32,000 bases of DNA from Edaphobacter aggregans. Lineage in GTDB: Bacteria; Acidobacteriota; Terriglobia; Terriglobales; Acidobacteriaceae. Position 1 is the stretch's first letter. Each line of letters starts with the position of its first letter. Below the pieces are notes generated by a model, which did no database searches, was not told the origin of the DNA, and saw only the letters and a list, made by a program, of their open reading frames with translations. A program made the position numbers and the translations under genes. Positions 28,682 through 32,000 of this stretch are shown piece after piece. The stretch spans positions 2,400,001 to 2,432,000 of the forward strand of contig NZ_RSDW01000001.1 of assembly GCF_003945235.1 (NCBI RefSeq), in the 5' to 3' direction.

Positions 28682-28836
28682 CCTCCCATTGTAAAAACGG
28701 GCCCCGGATAGATTCCGTTGGCACCATCCTCCCTCGACGGTTTCTTCAAAATTTGCTCTTTCTCGCAGCCCTGCGCGCATTTTTCTAGCGTGGCCATGAC
28801 GACATGTGAGAACGAAAACTGTAGGAGGAAAGCGCA

Positions 28837-31239
28837 ATGAAATCTGTATCTTTTCTGCGCATCATCGTCGCCGTTGCATGCACTGTAACAGCCACTTCTA
28901 ACATGTACGCCCAGACGAATTCCATCCTGCTCTTTGGCCCAACGAACGTTCGCCAATCCACCAACGGTACGGGATTCGGCGCGAATCAGGTGGTCTTCAA
29001 CAGCTCGACTCTGGCCCTGAACTGCGGCTCTTCGCCCATTCGGGCCGTGCTCTCCTCTACTCCCGATGGCACAGGAAATGTTCTCGCCGATAACTTCGTT
29101 AACCTGACGGTTACGACAAGCAGCGGTTCCAGCGGCCCAGTGAATGTTTGCCGTGGTGGGTCTTCCGACTCCACACCGGACGGAATTCAGCTTGATTGCT
29201 TCACCCCCGGCTACCAGATTCCGGCTGGGCAAGGTAATCTCACCGGGCAGAATCCTGATACCTTTACAAGCACTGGCGGAGTCGCTCCCATCGATATCAG
29301 CAGCAGTCTTCAGCCCGGCTCCATACAGATAAAGATTGACCTGGTCGACACAGGCTCATTCCTGGCGAGTTCGACCCTTTATCTGGATACAAGCTGCACG
29401 CAAGCAGGTGTCACAGGTCCAGCCAAGGTCACCGGCAACCCCATTCCACAAAACAACCCTCCGGCTTCAGCGCTGACCCAGAATTTCCCATTTGACTCCT
29501 CCACAAACCAGCAGGTTCAATTCACCTATGACTTATCCGTAGCGCAGGGCGCAGGCAGTCTTGCGATTACAGACGGCACGATCCCAAATACCGCGGATCT
29601 ACCCATCGATCCTTTATCGTTCCAGCCTGTCTGGGTTCCCGGCACGTCATTTGCTACCTCAAGTTGCCTGATCCACACCGGCGAACTGTTGCCAAATGGC
29701 CAGCCAGCTTGCAAGCTCTTCACGCTGGAGTGTCAGGTTGGCGCCAGTTCCAGTGAGAGTGGCGCCTTCTGCCCCCTATCAAAGCTTCGTAACGAGATCT
29801 TCGAAGACATATTCGACGGCCCCAGCTTCACTCTTCCTGACATCACTCTTCCAAACGGCCCAACCTTCCATCAAGGCGTCGGCTTCCTGATGGCCAAGGA
29901 AGGGTGGACCGGAGGCCCCTGCATCTTCGATCCTGCAGCAGGCCTCGGCACGGAACTCTGTCCACAAAACCTGCTAACAGATTTCTCAGGACCGGGGCTC
30001 TATGCCTTGTCTGGAACCGGTGATCACCCCAATTCAACCTTCATCCCCGTGGCAGGCGTTCCAGAGGATCTGACCACCGTCACTGTTGAAGGCCAGCACC
30101 CTGGTGGATGGATCAACAGCCAGACTCCTACGGTAGATTTTTCCAGCCAGCCGCCGGACCTCTCCACTCTTGTGCCTGCTCTACCCGGACAAAGCAGCTT
30201 TGTGCCAGCGCCTATACAGAGCATCACTTACGGCACAGCTCTTGCCTCAGCCGTTCCTCAACCCTCTCCAAAACTGCCCATCGCCACCGATACTGTTCTG
30301 ACAAATTCTGTCTCCTGCCCAACGTCGGCCGCACCCACCACGCCTGCGGCTTCTGTCTTCACTGCGTCTTCACAAATCTCCTTTCCTACAGACGGCCAGT
30401 ATCTCCTTCACTATTTCGCCCAGGACTGCGCCGGAACCGAAGAGCTCAAATTCACTCAGGACGCAAACTTCAGCTGGTCGACGTCTTTTTACACGGTCCC
30501 AATCAACATAGACACCGTGGCTCCCACCGTATCCAGCCTGAAGTTTTCTCTCGCACCGTCCACCAATAGCGGGGTTGCGAACTCCTACACGCTGGGCGAG
30601 CAAGTCACCGTGACGTATAGCTGTAAGGACGACCGGTCCGGAATCGTCACGTGCGGCACAGCAACCTTTGCCCCGGGAACCACCTTGAACACCGGCCCCA
30701 TTACCAACACGGTGGATACCTCAAGCCCCGGTATCAAGACGTTTCTCGCCAACGTAGTCGACGCCGCTGGAAATCACACGTCTGCTTCGGCAACATACCA
30801 GGTCGTTGCTCCCGCGGTAAATCTTGTCATAGCTAAAGTCGCACCGCTCCTGGTACGTCACAATGACTCGTTTACGTATGACATCGCTGCGGCCAATCTC
30901 GGCGACACCACGGCCTCAAAGGTTGTCGTGACCGACCCACTCCCTGCCGGCGTCACATTCCTCAGCGCCACCGCACAGGTCTTTGCCTGCGACTTGAGAG
31001 GTTGCACAATCCCCTCAGCGAATGCCCACTGCTCGTTTGCGAGCAATACTGTCAGCTGTGATGCAAATACACTAGCTCCTTCGAAATTGTTACGCTTCTC
31101 CGCGCTGGTCATTCAGATTGTCGTTCGAGCCGACGCATCCAAAGGAACGGTGATAAAGAATACCGCGAGTGTAAGTAGCGCCAATCCCGATTCGCACCCG
31201 GGCAACAACCAGTCGACAGCAAGCACACTGGTACGGTGA
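28837..31239 (+). CDS. Large secreted Cys-rich protein with an Ig-like module and a C-terminal DUF11-like (conserved repeat) domain
   Basis: The ATG at 28837 is preceded by AGGAGG with an 8-nt spacer. It has a signal peptide MKSVSFLRIIVAVACTVTATSNMYAQ. An Ig-like module follows around DTVAPTVSSL...YSCKDDRSGIVTCG...VVDAAGNHTSASATYQV. The C-terminus is DUF11-like: VNLVIAKVAP...FTYDIAAANLGDTTASKVVVTDPLPAGVTFLSA...NTASVSSANPDSHPGNN. I do not recognise the N-terminal ~550 aa. Confidence 0.85.
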   Translation: MKSVSFLRIIVAVACTVTATSNMYAQTNSILLFGPTNVRQSTNGTGFGANQVVFNSSTLALNCGSSPIRAVLSSTPDGTGNVLADNFVNLTVTTSSGSSGPVNVCRGGSSDSTPDGIQLDCFTPGYQIPAGQGNLTGQNPDTFTSTGGVAPIDISSSLQPGSIQIKIDLVDTGSFLASSTLYLDTSCTQAGVTGPAKVTGNPIPQNNPPASALTQNFPFDSSTNQQVQFTYDLSVAQGAGSLAITDGTIPNTADLPIDPLSFQPVWVPGTSFATSSCLIHTGELLPNGQPACKLFTLECQVGASSSESGAFCPLSKLRNEIFEDIFDGPSFTLPDITLPNGPTFHQGVGFLMAKEGWTGGPCIFDPAAGLGTELCPQNLLTDFSGPGLYALSGTGDHPNSTFIPVAGVPEDLTTVTVEGQHPGGWINSQTPTVDFSSQPPDLSTLVPALPGQSSFVPAPIQSITYGTALASAVPQPSPKLPIATDTVLTNSVSCPTSAAPTTPAASVFTASSQISFPTDGQYLLHYFAQDCAGTEELKFTQDANFSWSTSFYTVPINIDTVAPTVSSLKFSLAPSTNSGVANSYTLGEQVTVTYSCKDDRSGIVTCGTATFAPGTTLNTGPITNTVDTSSPGIKTFLANVVDAAGNHTSASATYQVVAPAVNLVIAKVAPLLVRHNDSFTYDIAAANLGDTTASKVVVTDPLPAGVTFLSATAQVFACDLRGCTIPSANAHCSFASNTVSCDANTLAPSKLLRFSALVIQIVVRADASKGTVIKNTASVSSANPDSHPGNNQSTASTLVR

Positions 31240-31248
31240 CTCGCTTGG

Positions 31249-31287
31249 GCAAGGCAGTGAAAGTACTTACATCTTCCACTGCCTTGC
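31249..31287. terminator. 11-bp perfect hairpin at a convergent gene junction (possible bidirectional terminator)
   Basis: GCAAGGCAGTG (31249-31259) pairs with CACTGCCTTGC (31277-31287), with a 17-nt loop. It begins 10 nt after the stop of the 28837-31239 gene. The loop and right arm overlap the last codons and the stop of the minus-strand TPR gene. There is no U-tract on either side. Confidence 0.35.
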
Positions 31288-32000
31288 GTCATCATAGATC
31301 GTCTTGAGATCGGCGCGATGCAGAACGTTCTCTGCGCCGGGATCCGCTCGAATTGCATCGAGCAACCGTAAGGTCTCGCCGTAGTAGTACGAACTGCGCC
31401 CCTTCTCCGCAGTACCGCGGAGTCTCATCGACGTACCCAGCAGATAGTTGATTCTGGCCGAATCGAGCCGCGTTCCGGCCTTCTCCGATCGAACTAAGCT
31501 CTGCTCCAGATCGCGCTCGGCCTTAGCATAATCTCCGGTATCGACTTCAGCTTGAGCGTTCGCGATCGCGCGTTGCAGCGACAGATAAGCGTTCGCCGTG
31601 TCACTCGAATTCAGTGGCCGTAACATGCCGAGCGCTTCTTTCGGATGATCCTGGGCCATCGCCATTCTTGCCACATTCAATTTTGACAACACAAGCGTGT
31701 CATTATCCTTGGCGTGGGCACTCAACGCCAGGGCTGATTTGTAGAACTGATCGGCGCTTTTAATATCTCCTCGATAGAACGCCACATCGCCTCTTGTATT
31801 CAAAATCTGCGCTATCAGCGCATCGTTCTTCACCTCACGCGCAATGGCCTCCGCCTCATCCAAGGGCTTGGAAGATTCGTCTCCTCTGCCGGCCCTTGCC
31901 AGAGCGCCAGCCAGATCATTCAGAAGTATCGCCATATCGCTGCCATGTTCTCCACGGTCACGTAAAGTTTTCGTGCTCTCCTGCATCGATTTCACCGCCG
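31267..32000 (-). CDS. Tetratricopeptide-repeat protein, C-terminal part (gene continues beyond window end)
   Basis: The frame stays open to the window edge; the listed start at 31995 is an internal GTG. Repeated TPR-like helices are present (...ALIAQILNTRGDVAFYRGDIKSADQFYKSALAL..., ...AYLSLQRAIANAQAEVDTGDYAKAERDLEQSL...). Confidence 0.8.
   Translation of the reverse strand, partial: AVKSMQESTKTLRDRGEHGSDMAILLNDLAGALARAGRGDESSKPLDEAEAIAREVKNDALIAQILNTRGDVAFYRGDIKSADQFYKSALALSAHAKDNDTLVLSKLNVARMAMAQDHPKEALGMLRPLNSSDTANAYLSLQRAIANAQAEVDTGDYAKAERDLEQSLVRSEKAGTRLDSARINYLLGTSMRLRGTAEKGRSSYYYGETLRLLDAIRADPGAENVLHRADLKTIYDDARQWKM

Noticed and set aside
28796-28840. A 14-codon uORF (MTTCENENCRRKAQ) whose TGA overlaps the ATG of the 800-aa gene (ATGA).
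   Set aside because: It has no RBS of its own and is short enough to occur by chance. The AGGAGG inside it is better explained as the main gene's RBS.
28648-29232. A 194-aa minus-strand ORF spanning the leader and 5' end of the 800-aa gene.
   Set aside because: It overlaps a well-supported + strand gene (strong RBS and signal peptide). Its sequence is Arg/Gly/Ala-rich with no features.

Overview
GC-rich chromosomal segment (roughly 55-60% GC by eye, not computed). Several features suggest an Acidobacteriota/Terriglobia-like genome, by inference only: a CarboxypepD_reg/TonB-receptor-type fragment, an FHA-GAF-PP2C phosphatase, many signal peptides ending ...AQ, and GATGAC/GGCAAC-type intergenic repeats. 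I support about 28 protein-coding genes, mostly core or metabolic. In order they are: rnr (5' part), three membrane/secreted proteins, a small hypothetical, ligA, a secreted GH31 glycosidase, and a truncated carboxypeptidase-regulatory-like fragment. Then come an FHA-GAF-SpoIIE/PP2C phosphatase, an EF-G paralog, a DUF937-like/OmpA protein, and a translationally coupled ECF-like sigma / membrane anti-sigma-like pair. These are followed by tyrS, a DUF2256+DUF3253 protein, a YjbR/MmcQ protein, a DoxX-like protein, an SDR, a secreted hypothetical, fabZ-lpxA and a secreted amidase. The window ends with an MFS / YjhG-YagF pentonate dehydratase / KdaD-like FAH operon, an 800-aa Cys-rich secreted protein with a DUF11-like C-terminus, and the C-terminal part of a TPR protein. 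By eye I found no rRNA, tRNA, CRISPR array, transposase, integrase, or recognisable defence or toxin-antitoxin system, and I cannot honestly point to a clearly novel multi-gene system. Four things are most worth a second look. (1) A strand-composition mosaic suggests a ~7.5 kb block (9.2-16.7 kb) lies inverted relative to its flanks, with its left edge at a truncated, frameshifted receptor remnant. (2) The FHA-GAF-PP2C phosphatase is divergent from an EF-G2-type GTPase across ~460 bp of non-coding DNA. (3) A dispersed intergenic repeat occurs in two inverted copies. (4) The large secreted protein has an orphan N-terminal ~550 aa. Many long ORFs in the track are antisense shadow ORFs typical of high-GC DNA and were rejected. 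The track also counts GTG/TTG as starts, so several N-termini were trimmed.
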